Origin: Nitrospiraceae bacterium
GTDB taxonomy: Bacteria; Nitrospirota; Nitrospiria; Nitrospirales; Nitrospiraceae
Direction: 5' to 3'
Length of the DNA stretch: 64,000 bases
Assembly: GCA_051293835.1 (NCBI GenBank)
Contig: JBPKMA010000001.1
Span: forward strand, 309,952 to 373,951
A model generated the notes under the pieces. The model was not told where the DNA came from. It was given only the letters and a program-made list of their open reading frames with translations, and searched no databases. Of this stretch, positions 36,470 to 45,353 are shown one piece after another. Numbering within the stretch: the first letter of the stretch is position 1; each line of letters starts with the position of its first letter. The translations under genes and the position numbers were made by a program.

Positions 36470-37714
36470 ATGCGTCTAACCGCTCCGCTGCCCATCCTGC
36501 AGGCCCCGCCGGTCCTCAAGAGCAAGGACTACCGAGAGATCCTGAAGCGGGAAATGGACGGGGGGAAAATCCCGCTCAGCCTCGGCAAGAGCTGTCCTGT
36601 CAAGTGTGAATTTTGCTACGAGATCGATCACTCGTATCGAGAGACAGCCGACCCGCCGCGAACGACTCAAGAGGACTGGGAGTTCATTCTCGACTACATC
36701 AACAAGAAGCCGACCGATCCCCAGCAATTCTGGTGTCTAGGTGGGAACGAATACATGGAATGGACGGATCTGTTCCTGCATCCCAAGGCCATGGAATGGC
36801 TGGAGGATTTTCTGAAGTACACCGACAAAAACGTCACGTTCTTCACCGTTGGATTCGTGCATGTGCCGAAGATCCACCAGTTGGCCGCGCAGTATCCCGG
36901 ACGGATCAATTTTGAATTGTCGGTCATCACGCTGAGCGGCTATCGGGAACGGCTCATGCCGCACGCTCCATCGGTGAAGCACCTGATGAAGGTTCTGGAT
37001 GGGCCGGCCGTCTCTTCAGCCAATTTTTATGCGTTCGACGACTATACGATGTCCAAGGATGCCGTCACGATCTCCGGCGTCAACCAGAAGTGCGTGTTGT
37101 GGATGGGGTGTCTGACGCCGGTGCGGGGGCTTAAGGAAGAGACGGTCGCACTGATGCGGCAAGGGCGGAAATATCTGCCGCGCGAGGCCGAGCGCGTCTA
37201 CGATGCGGGCTTGCCGAATCTGCAGACCATCCACACGGAAGCTCCGATCACGGCTTTTCTGAACCGTCGTCGGATCGTGAGCCTGTTCGATTCGCTGGAG
37301 TTGGAAAAGCATGATACGGTGGTGATGGCCAAGAGCGTTTACAAGATCCTCACAATGTACCGAAAGAATCGAGCCCGATTCCTTATGGTGCCCAATGCGA
37401 CCTTGGGTGGAGACTCAGACTGCACGATCCTGCTGACGTTCGACGACATTGCTAGACGGTTGAGCGGTCAGAAGATGATCCATGTCCCCAAGTGCATGAT
37501 GCAGTCAGGACGCGGGCCGTATACGGACATTGCCGGCGTGACGCTCGACCAGTTCATCAAGAAGACCGGTGTGAAGGTCAGGGTGTTGCATCGGATTGAT
37601 ACCAGATTCGCCAACAAACTGCTGTACCGCAACGGCCACCTGCGCAACTACGTCGAGGACTACCTCCGCAATCCCCTCACTCAGTCATACGAAGCTCTGC
37701 CCATTTCCGCTTAG
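36470..37714 (+). CDS. Radical SAM protein, DUF512-like C-terminal part (function unknown)
   Basis: 414 aa with the canonical SCPVKCEFCYE (CX3CX2C) near the N-terminus. C-terminal VPNATLGGDSDCTILLTFDDIARRL resembles the DUF512 motif N..FG....V.GLLTG.D as I remember it. Confidence 0.75.
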   Translation: MRLTAPLPILQAPPVLKSKDYREILKREMDGGKIPLSLGKSCPVKCEFCYEIDHSYRETADPPRTTQEDWEFILDYINKKPTDPQQFWCLGGNEYMEWTDLFLHPKAMEWLEDFLKYTDKNVTFFTVGFVHVPKIHQLAAQYPGRINFELSVITLSGYRERLMPHAPSVKHLMKVLDGPAVSSANFYAFDDYTMSKDAVTISGVNQKCVLWMGCLTPVRGLKEETVALMRQGRKYLPREAERVYDAGLPNLQTIHTEAPITAFLNRRRIVSLFDSLELEKHDTVVMAKSVYKILTMYRKNRARFLMVPNATLGGDSDCTILLTFDDIARRLSGQKMIHVPKCMMQSGRGPYTDIAGVTLDQFIKKTGVKVRVLHRIDTRFANKLLYRNGHLRNYVEDYLRNPLTQSYEALPISA

Positions 37715-37804
37715 CGCATATAGGCCGCTCAAGCACCGGCCGTTTTCCCGCCTTCCTTTGTTTTGGAATTTGTAAGAACGGCGGGGGAGGGAGTAGAGGG
37801 ACAG

Positions 37805-38485
37805 CTATTTTGCGGTGAGGACCGGGTCGAGATTGAAGGCCACACTGATGCGCGGAGCCGTGCCCGTGTAGGTGGTCACGGCATGGAAGAGCCACCCGGG
37901 GAACATCACACACTGGCCGGCCGTGGGGGAAAACGAAATATTGCGCCCGGCATCGTGCAGTTCGGGCATGGCATAGCGGAGATAGGGGGCAAGCATCCTG
38001 GGCAAGCAGCCCCGCGGATCAAAGAGCTGCAACTCGCCGCCGCATTTGCTATCGGGCGAGATGTCGCCGACATCCACATAATACACGCCAGACCAAAAGC
38101 TGCCGGGATGCGGATGGGCGGCATTGCTGCCCCCCTTGCGCTGCACGTTGGACCAGACTTCGACGACCTGCCAGCCGGGACGCCGTCCGGCCGTCCCCGG
38201 CGCCCGTTCGGAGAACTCTGTCACCTGCGTGGCCACCTCAATGACGGGTTCGAACAACCGCTTCAAAGGCTCGCCAGCCCAATCCAGCATGGAGAGATCG
38301 TGTGGAGAGGACCAGCCAACGACCTCGTAGTCCGAATAAGCGGGCGTGGAAGCTTCGCGCTCGAGAATCGCACGACGCAACTGAGCATTGATCTGTTCGT
38401 GGTCCGGAACTGTGAAGACGAGAAGGGGGGTCGAGAAAATCGGGCGGACGTTAATTTCCATTTCCCGTGCCATGGAAGCCAACAT
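37805..38485 (-). CDS. 2OG-Fe(II)-oxygenase-like protein (TIGR02466 / 2OG-FeII_Oxy_5 type)
   Basis: 226 aa. PIFSTPLLVF..., NAAHPHPGSFWSGVYYV, VMFPGWLFHAV...RISVAFNL match the family pattern. The start may be an internal ATG (MEINV, 38461). Confidence 0.7.
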   Translation of the reverse strand: MLASMAREMEINVRPIFSTPLLVFTVPDHEQINAQLRRAILEREASTPAYSDYEVVGWSSPHDLSMLDWAGEPLKRLFEPVIEVATQVTEFSERAPGTAGRRPGWQVVEVWSNVQRKGGSNAAHPHPGSFWSGVYYVDVGDISPDSKCGGELQLFDPRGCLPRMLAPYLRYAMPELHDAGRNISFSPTAGQCVMFPGWLFHAVTTYTGTAPRISVAFNLDPVLTAK

Positions 38486-38593
38486 AGCGTTGCATTCCCC
38501 GGCAAGTCAAGGTCGGTGCCGTGGCGACGGGCCGGGCTATGGCTACGACCGGTTTGACAAGGACTTCGGCGCTGACCTACAGTAGCATCGGCG

Positions 38594-39526
38594 ATGGATG
38601 ACGAGGTCCGAACTCTCAAATTTTATCAGGCCGACGTCTTCACCGACCAACCGTTCGGTGGGAATCCCGTCGCCGTCCTCCCGGACGCCCAAGGCTTGAC
38701 CGATCGCGAGCTACAACAGATCGCTCGTGAAATGAACCTCTCTGAAACCGTCTTTGTCTTCCCTCCGACTGATCAGGCCGCCGTCGCCAAGATCCGCATT
38801 TTCACTCCGACGCGGGAGATCCCCTTTGCAGGCCATCCCGTTCTCGGAACCTTTTACGTGCTGGGTGAACTGAAGAAGCTGGCGGTCCGGGAGCCGGTGA
38901 CGTGCGCCGTGTATGAGTGCAATCTTGGTCTGTTTCCCGTCGAACTTCACACGCATCGTGGGGAGATCCTGCGGGTGGTCATGTCGCAACCCAAACCGCA
39001 GTTTTTGAACCAGGTGGAAGGGGTCCAGGCTGTCTTCGATGTTGCTAAGGCGCTGGGGGTATCGAAGAATGCGATCACCGAGGCGAAATGGCCGATCCAG
39101 GTCGTCTCGACCGGCTTACCCGTCATGATTGTGCCGGTGCGCACGCTGACGGCCGTGCGGTCCATCATGCCGGATGTGTCGGCCGTGAACCGGCTCTGCG
39201 AACGCTACGGAGCGAACGGGATGATGGTCTTCACAACGATGACAGTTGATGAGGCGGCGACCGTCCACACTCGCATGTTCGCGCCGCCTGTCGGGGTGCT
39301 CGAAGATCCGGCCACCGGCAGCGCCAGCGGGGCATTGGGTGCGTATTTGGTCCATCACGGCGTGGTGGAGGTGGCTCCGATGACCGAGATCGTCGCCGAA
39401 CAGGGCTACGAAATCGAGCGCCCCTCGCGCATTCTTATCCAGGTTGAATCAGACGACGATGCGATCCAGGAAGTCAAAGTCGGCGGCCAAGTGGTGATGG
39501 TGGCGGAAGGAGTTCTAAGATTCTGA
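38594..39526 (+). CDS. PhzF-family isomerase/epimerase-fold protein
   Basis: 310 aa. [29 protein letters not shown], two-domain DapF-like layout. Confidence 0.85.
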   Translation: MDDEVRTLKFYQADVFTDQPFGGNPVAVLPDAQGLTDRELQQIAREMNLSETVFVFPPTDQAAVAKIRIFTPTREIPFAGHPVLGTFYVLGELKKLAVREPVTCAVYECNLGLFPVELHTHRGEILRVVMSQPKPQFLNQVEGVQAVFDVAKALGVSKNAITEAKWPIQVVSTGLPVMIVPVRTLTAVRSIMPDVSAVNRLCERYGANGMMVFTTMTVDEAATVHTRMFAPPVGVLEDPATGSASGALGAYLVHHGVVEVAPMTEIVAEQGYEIERPSRILIQVESDDDAIQEVKVGGQVVMVAEGVLRF

Positions 39527-39618
39527 AATCTAAGAATAACGAAATTTGAGGAATGGAGCCCCAAATGGTCTGACAATTCCTCATTCCACATTCAGCGTTC
39601 ACGATCGATGAGGGAGCG

Positions 39619-40650
39619 ATGAAGGCGGTCGTCTTTCACGAGCATGGCGGGCCGGAGAAATTGACCTTTGAAGAGGTGCCCACGCCGAGGATGGGGCCGG
39701 AGGAAGTATTGGTTCGCGTCAAAGCCTGCGCGTTGAACCATCTGGACATCTGGATCCGCCAAGGCATTCCGGCGTACCAGATTCCGCTCCCCCATATCTC
39801 CGGGTCGGATGTGGCCGGGGTTGTGGAAGCGGTGGGGGAGCGGGTCGAGGGTGTCGCCGTCGGAAGTCGGGTTTTTGTCTCGCCCGGTTTGAGTTGTTGG
39901 CGATGCGAGCAATGTCTCGCAGGACGGGATAATCTGTGCCCGACATACGGCATCCTCGGTGCGAAGGTAGACGGGGGTTATGCGGAGTTCGTCGCCGTGC
40001 CTGCTCGGAATGTCTTACCCATCCCCGACGGGTTGACCTTCGAACAGGCCGCTGCCTTTCCGCTCGTGTCTGTGACGGCGTGGCATATGTTGTTCACCTT
40101 GGCCGGTCTCAAACCAGGCGAGACGGTTCTGGTCATGGGAGCGGGAAGCGGAGTCGGCAGCATGGCCGTCCAAATGGCCAAACTCGTCGGCGCGCGCGTC
40201 ATTACGACCGTAGGGTCCGAGGACAAAATCGCCAAGGCGAAGGAACTCGGCGCGGACGAGGTGATTCAGCACTCCAGCGAGGAGGTCGCGGCGCGGGTGA
40301 AGGTACTCACCGGAGGGCGCGGCGTGGACGTGGTGTTCGAGCATATCGGGCCCGCAGTCTGGGAAACCTGCCTGCACGCGATGACCAGAGGCGGTCGGCT
40401 GGTTACTTGCGGCGCGACGACCGGCGGCGAAGTGAAACTGGATCTCCGCTATTTGTTTTCGCGGCAACTGACGGTGAAAGGCTCGTACATGGGCACGCGA
40501 GCTGAGTTGCTCGCCGCTGCTGCGCTGATCGGACAGGGCAAACTCCGCCCGATCATCGACCGGATCTATCCGCTTCGGGATGCCCGCGCGGCGCAGGAAC
40601 AACTCCTGAGCCGGCGGGTCTTTGGTAAAATCGTGTTGAAAGTGGAATAG
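39619..40650 (+). CDS. Zinc-binding medium-chain alcohol dehydrogenase / quinone oxidoreductase family protein
   Basis: 343 aa. KACALNHLD, HISGSDVAGVV, structural Zn site CWRCEQCLAGRDNLC, NAD fold VMGAGSGVGSMAV. Confidence 0.85.
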   Translation: MKAVVFHEHGGPEKLTFEEVPTPRMGPEEVLVRVKACALNHLDIWIRQGIPAYQIPLPHISGSDVAGVVEAVGERVEGVAVGSRVFVSPGLSCWRCEQCLAGRDNLCPTYGILGAKVDGGYAEFVAVPARNVLPIPDGLTFEQAAAFPLVSVTAWHMLFTLAGLKPGETVLVMGAGSGVGSMAVQMAKLVGARVITTVGSEDKIAKAKELGADEVIQHSSEEVAARVKVLTGGRGVDVVFEHIGPAVWETCLHAMTRGGRLVTCGATTGGEVKLDLRYLFSRQLTVKGSYMGTRAELLAAAALIGQGKLRPIIDRIYPLRDARAAQEQLLSRRVFGKIVLKVE

Positions 40651-40705
40651 TGGAATAGGCGCTGCGAATTCGAGCGGGCGCCTTCTACAAAGGAGGATCT
40701 CATCC

Positions 40706-41107
40706 ATGTCGACCGTGGGGCAGATCATGCGAAAAGATCCCAAACGGATTCCTTACACTGCGTCGGTGCAGGAGGCGGCCAAGAAGATGCGAGATGAACG
40801 CATCGGCTCGCTGCTGGTGGAGAAAAACGGTGATCTCGTGGGCATTGTCACCGATACCGACGTGGTGCGACGGGCGGTCGCGGGAGGCGCAGATCTCAAC
40901 ACACTGACCGTGCAGGACATCATGACCAGCCCAATCGCCACGATCGAGGCGATGCGGACCGTGCAGGACGCTCACGATATGATGGGCGATCTGGGCGTGC
41001 GGCATTTGGGTGTGACCGAACAGGGCAAGTTGGTGGGGTTGATCTCCGTGCGAGACCTGCTGGTGTTTTATAAGCGGGTGTCTGAGCCGAAGATTGTGCA
41101 GGACTAA
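40706..41107 (+). CDS. CBS-domain pair protein
   Basis: 133 aa. Two CBS repeats (MRDERIGSLLVEKNGDLVGIVTDTDV; MGDLGVRHLGVTEQGKLVGLISVRDL). Confidence 0.85.
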   Translation: MSTVGQIMRKDPKRIPYTASVQEAAKKMRDERIGSLLVEKNGDLVGIVTDTDVVRRAVAGGADLNTLTVQDIMTSPIATIEAMRTVQDAHDMMGDLGVRHLGVTEQGKLVGLISVRDLLVFYKRVSEPKIVQD

Positions 41108-41149
41108 CGGAAAACAAGAGCCGGTGTGTTATTGGGGGCGATGTGGCAG

Positions 41150-41695
41150 TCACTTGTTGATCTCTCTGATCAGATGCCCCAGCTCCGGCAGGATTAATTT
41201 TTCCATCGCGAGCCGTACGGCATTCACTGAGCCGGGCGTGGAGAACAGGACCCGTCCATGCACGATGCCCGCGGTGGCCCGGCTGAGCATGGCGGGTGAG
41301 CCGATTTCCTGATAGGTCAGGTAGCGGAACAGTTCGCCAAATCCGTCCAAGCGCTTTTCCAATATGTTTTCGACTGCTTCGAATGTCGAATCGCGCCGTG
41401 AAATCCCGGTCCCGCCGTTAATGATGATCGCCTGAACCTCCTCGTTCATCACGCCACTTTCGATGCTCGCCCTGATTTGTCCCGGCTCGTCCTTGACGAG
41501 TTGATAGGCGACGACTTCGTGTCCTTGGTCTTTCAAAAGGCGCATGATGAGTTGACCACTCTCGTCGGTCTCCGGCGTGCGCGTGTCGCTACAGGTAATG
41601 ACTAAACACCCGACTCGGCGAGGAGCGTGAATCTTGTGTTCCTGGTAGGAAGGCGTGCTCACAAGGCGAATCCAGCGGGAGGCACTCAGCTCCAA
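41150..41695 (-). CDS. moaB: MoaB/MogA-family molybdenum cofactor biosynthesis protein
   Basis: 181 aa. VITCSDTR...DESG, IINGGTGISRRD, STPGSVNAV. 10-nt overlap with the upstream ferredoxin gene. Confidence 0.85.
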   Translation of the reverse strand: MELSASRWIRLVSTPSYQEHKIHAPRRVGCLVITCSDTRTPETDESGQLIMRLLKDQGHEVVAYQLVKDEPGQIRASIESGVMNEEVQAIIINGGTGISRRDSTFEAVENILEKRLDGFGELFRYLTYQEIGSPAMLSRATAGIVHGRVLFSTPGSVNAVRLAMEKLILPELGHLIREINK

Positions 41696-42012
41696 ACAGC
41701 GTCGGGATTGAGTTTCTGGACGGGCGTGCCCTTGCCGATATGATCGTCGAGAATGGCCGGCACGTCGGCCTCTGTCACTTTGGAGTACCAGGTGCCGTCA
41801 GGATACACTACCACGGTGGGGCCGTGTTCACAGGGACCCAAGCAGGCGGATCCGGTAACCAAGACCTGACCAGGTTGATAGCCACGCTCCATCAGTCCCA
41901 TATTGAGGGCCATCAGGATATTGGCTGATCCTGCTATTCCGCAAGAAGGTTTCGGATGCCCAGGCGGACGGGAATTGGTGCAGACTATAATGTGATATTT
42001 GGGCTTCGGCAT
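41686..42012 (-). CDS. Thioredoxin-like [2Fe-2S] ferredoxin
   Basis: 108 aa. HIIVCTNSRPPGHPKPSC...GSACLGPCEHGPTVVVYPDGTWY. Confidence 0.8.
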   Translation of the reverse strand: MPKPKYHIIVCTNSRPPGHPKPSCGIAGSANILMALNMGLMERGYQPGQVLVTGSACLGPCEHGPTVVVYPDGTWYSKVTEADVPAILDDHIGKGTPVQKLNPDAVWS

Positions 42013-42069
42013 GGGGGTCTCCTCTTCTCAAAAGCCAATCGTTGGAAATTAACACATCATAACCGGTTG

Positions 42070-42513
42070 TTATCGCGGCATGTAGGATTTCCACTGTTCG
42101 ACGCATTCATCGGGCAGCTTCCAGTGTTTAATGCCTTTCATCACCCAGTCCAGATAATGTTCCTTGGGCTTGAATTTCCCGATTGGCGTTGCTGTGTGTG
42201 TGGTGACGAGCACTTTCTCGCCTTCTTCTGTAATCACGGTGACCGGAAGATGCCGAAAGGCTCCGGGTGGGACGTCGCCTTCGAATTCATCCATAAGCTT
42301 CAAGTCTTCGTCTGTGATCTCCACCACGATGCCCCAGACTTTTTCTCCGGGAGAGGGGACTGCGCTGGCGAGGCCACAGCGCCATTGGGAAGACCACCGG
42401 CAGAACTGAATGGTGTGATCGGGCAGGTAGGCTTTAAAAAGAAACTGATGTTCCGGCGCGCGCCGTTTCAGTTGAGTGGGATTTAGGTTGTCGGCATAGA
42501 CGAAAAGTTTCAT
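42070..42513 (-). CDS. Gamma-glutamyl cyclotransferase-like (AIG2/GGACT family) protein
   Basis: 147 aa. MKLFVYADNLNPTQLKRRAP..., VWGIVVEITDEDLKLMDEFEG. Confidence 0.7.
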   Translation of the reverse strand: MKLFVYADNLNPTQLKRRAPEHQFLFKAYLPDHTIQFCRWSSQWRCGLASAVPSPGEKVWGIVVEITDEDLKLMDEFEGDVPPGAFRHLPVTVITEEGEKVLVTTHTATPIGKFKPKEHYLDWVMKGIKHWKLPDECVEQWKSYMPR

Positions 42514-42938
42514 GCGCGCTTACATCTGAATGGATTTTCTGAACCGAGTGAGGTACTTGTAGCATATCCGCTCGTCGGATTGTCAAGTCGAGGCCCGCTC
42601 TCGTTACAGCGAGTCCCAGCGATCTGTGGCTTGCTGGGCGAGAAAGAGCTGCAAGGAGCTGGCATTGACTTCCGGCTTCGACAGGCCCTATGCTAGCACG
42701 ATGAATTCTGGTCGGGTGTTGTTCGGGGAGAGCCGGTACCCGGAACCTTGGCTTCCTCGTCCGGCAAACTGGTTTCCGACCGAATTCAGCGAGAGCGGTA
42801 GGCCTTAATCGAGCCCAACCGTTTGTTCCGGAAAGCGGTCAGATAAGAAATCGCCCGTGTGAGCCCATCCTGCTGCGGAATCGTGACGCCGAAACGGCTC
42901 GATTCTTTTCTTTCATTCTGTCGAAACGCTAACTGGCT

Positions 42939-43433
42939 TTGACTGTCCAGCCTTCTTCCGCTCCTTCTTCAGAATCCTCTCGGCCGTGGATCAGAACGAT
43001 CCACTACATCGGGTACAGTCTGCTGGTCGCCGGGGGCCTGGCCTATTGGTGGCTCAAGCCAGCTTCCTTGAACCCCGTGGCTGATCCGCGTGCGGCGGAA
43101 GCCATTGCGTTGGTGCAGACGCATCGGGCGCAAGGGGCGCCGACAATCTTGCAGGCCTTGACCGAGCACGTGCGTGCTAAGAAGGCGCGGGGCGAAGGCG
43201 TGTATTTGGGGGAGTGGCGGGTGCAGCGGCTGGAGGGCGATCTCTATGAAGTGCGAGTCACGATGCGGGAACAAGGACAGAATCAGTGGTTCGAACGGGA
43301 ATTGATTTGGCATGCCAACCTGGCAACCAAGCGTGTCAACGCGGCGTCCCTTCCGGCAGATGGGTACATGCCTGCCGATGTCACACCCGGGGCTCCAATG
43401 CGGTCGCCGTTCTCACCGGGAGATGGGCAGTGA
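42939..43433 (+). CDS. Hypothetical membrane-anchored protein
   Basis: 164 aa from TTG 42939. One TM (IHYIGYSLLVAGGLAYWWL). No family recognised; the start is uncertain. Confidence 0.4.
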   Translation: MTVQPSSAPSSESSRPWIRTIHYIGYSLLVAGGLAYWWLKPASLNPVADPRAAEAIALVQTHRAQGAPTILQALTEHVRAKKARGEGVYLGEWRVQRLEGDLYEVRVTMREQGQNQWFERELIWHANLATKRVNAASLPADGYMPADVTPGAPMRSPFSPGDGQ

Positions 43434-43733
43434 CACTTTGATCACGTTTTCTTCTACCTGCACCTTGTAGCAGGCAACCTTGAAATCGGGATTGTCCACC
43501 CGCACGCCAGTCCGCACATTGAACCGCCAGCCATGCCAGGGACATTCCACGATCTCACCCGCCAAGGCTCCTTCGCCTAACGGTCCGCCTGCGTGGGGAC
43601 AGGAATTGTCGAGCGCGTAGACGATCCCGTCCACGTTGAACAGGGCCACCAGCATTCCGCCTTCTGCTTCGACCGAAAGGCAAGAGCCGGGTTCCAGATC
43701 GCTGAGCTTCGCCACCGAAACGAATTTCATCAT
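43413..43733 (-). CDS. Rieske [2Fe-2S] ferredoxin-type protein (NirD / oxygenase ferredoxin-subunit-like)
   Basis: 106 aa. CPHAGGPLGEG...CPWHGWRFN. Confidence 0.85.
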   Translation of the reverse strand: MMKFVSVAKLSDLEPGSCLSVEAEGGMLVALFNVDGIVYALDNSCPHAGGPLGEGALAGEIVECPWHGWRFNVRTGVRVDNPDFKVACYKVQVEENVIKVSLPISR

Positions 43734-43921
43734 CGCCGCTGGATTCTCCTTCGTAGCTCCACGCTTGAGCCGCTAGGCCCTGGCCTGAGAGGGGAGATCG
43801 GCTCTGGTTTGCTCCATCTGCCTTCCAGCTTGATCTGATTCTCCGGTTGTGGCATACACAAAGGCTGGCAGGTGGCCCAGCCGTGGCTGCCAAGACCGGG
43901 AGGATGGGGTAAGGAGTTCTC

Positions 43922-44467
43922 ATGGAAATGACGTTGTTGCTTAACGCGACTTACGAACCGCTGCGGGTCATCAATTGGCAGAGAGCTATTACTCTGCTCT
44001 GGCAGGGCAAGGTGGAAGTCCTGGAGGAATATGACCGCGACATTCATGGGGTGTCGATTTCGATCAAGTTGCCGGCTGTCATGCGGCTGCTCAAGCTGGT
44101 CCGGCTGAAAGACAGCCATAGAGCTGTCAAGTTCTCTCGCATCAACATCTTCACCCGTGACGGCTATACCTGCCAGTACTGCAACCAGAAGTTCCGCACC
44201 GAAGATCTGACTTTTGATCACGTCGTACCGATCGCCAAGGGTGGGAAAAAGACCTGGGAGAACATCGTCACAGCCTGCTGGCGCTGCAACAACAAGAAAA
44301 GCGGACGGACGCCAGAAGAGGCTGGGATGCGGCTCATCAAGAAGCCAGTCAAACCTAAGTGGAACCCGGTGCTTACGATCACCATCGGCATCCGCAATAC
44401 GCCGGAAAGTTGGCGCGACTACTTATACTGGAACATGGAGTTAGACGCCGATCCGGCGGAAGCGTAG
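43922..44467 (+). CDS. HNH endonuclease family protein
   Basis: 181 aa. FTRDGYTCQYCNQ...LTFDHVVPIAKGG...NIVTACWRCNNKK. Confidence 0.85.
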   Translation: MEMTLLLNATYEPLRVINWQRAITLLWQGKVEVLEEYDRDIHGVSISIKLPAVMRLLKLVRLKDSHRAVKFSRINIFTRDGYTCQYCNQKFRTEDLTFDHVVPIAKGGKKTWENIVTACWRCNNKKSGRTPEEAGMRLIKKPVKPKWNPVLTITIGIRNTPESWRDYLYWNMELDADPAEA

Positions 44468-44569
44468 AAAAGTCAAATGAGGGATGTGGAATCAGGAACT
44501 GTAGACGAGGACGCGCGAAAGGGGATTCCTCATCTCCACTCCTATCCTAACTCCTCATTCCCTCCCAGG

Positions 44570-45022
44570 TCAGTACTGCTTATCGATCATGATCTCCACA
44601 TCACGTCCACCGACGAGGGTGGGGTTCTTGCCGTATTTCCCCTCGAGATCCCCTGGTTGAGGCGGTCCTGCTTGGCCATCCCGATCCAGCCGTGCAATCA
44701 CATCCACCATCCCGCGTAATTCCGCTCCCGGCATCATCAGGTCCGCATTCGTGATTTCGAACTCCACCGGGAACTTGGGGTTGTCGATCCGCTTTACCGC
44801 GAGGGGACGCGGCGCGCCTTGCGGTCGGCGCACGATGACGAACAGCACGTCAGTCGGCCGCACTTGATCCGCCAGCGCCGGTGCGATAGTGATGCGTCCA
44901 GCGATGACACTTGATCCGCCTTGCCGCTCGCAACTGTGGGCCAGACCTAGCCACGCGGCGATACCGGCCAGAGCAATGATCCCGGCGGCCATGCCAAATA
45001 CGCCCGGTGAATAGTTTGCCAC
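44570..45022 (-). CDS. Membrane-anchored protein resembling the C-terminal domain of cytochrome c maturation factor CcmI/CycH
   Basis: 150 aa. N-terminal TM. DVLFVIVRRPQGAPRPLAVKRIDNPKFPVEFEITNADLMMPG...VDVIARLDRDGQAGPPQPGDLEG matches the pattern I remember at CcmI C-termini. Confidence 0.5.
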   Translation of the reverse strand: MANYSPGVFGMAAGIIALAGIAAWLGLAHSCERQGGSSVIAGRITIAPALADQVRPTDVLFVIVRRPQGAPRPLAVKRIDNPKFPVEFEITNADLMMPGAELRGMVDVIARLDRDGQAGPPQPGDLEGKYGKNPTLVGGRDVEIMIDKQY

Positions 45023-45353
45023 GTTCCAACTGCCTCCTGTTGTGTAAAAAATAGGTGTCAGCGAGCAGTTCTCAATTTCACTCCACGGTTTCCACTGCTC
45101 TTCCCAGGTGGGAGAGGAAGAATGCTCTGGGCATCAGTCGCGCTTCTCGGTGCTAATGGGTTCATGCTTAGGTCAACAAAGGCGCGCCACGCGCACAACG
45201 TCCTGCTGGGCAATCAGCCGGGCTTTCCAAGGAGTCCGCGCATTATACTGAGCCGAGGCGAGGCGGAAAAGAGGCCGCGAACGGTTCGGTTTACGCCCCG
45301 CAAGACGCTATTGTAAGATACGCGCGCTACTGTTGCGAATGAGAGGAGGCGCG

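Noticed and set aside
42700-42800. Possible SRP (4.5S) RNA: the minus strand reads ACCAG...CCGGACGAGGAAGCCAAGG, reminiscent of ACCAGGUCAGGUCCGGAAGGAAGCAGCCAAGG
   Set aside because: The GNRA tetraloop (GGAA closed by C-G) and the AGCA/GGUCA internal-loop residues of SRP domain IV are not reproduced. The apical loop here is a 7-nt loop on a GGAA/UUCC stem. I keep it only as an unassigned hairpin.
43922-44467. HNH endonuclease as part of a defence system, a mobile intron or a homing element
   Set aside because: There is no partner gene (methylase, ATPase, Cas, toxin), and no repeats, integrase or intein/intron context. This ~180-aa stand-alone HNH type, with the conserved N-terminal LLLNATYEPL, looks like a widespread chromosomal family.
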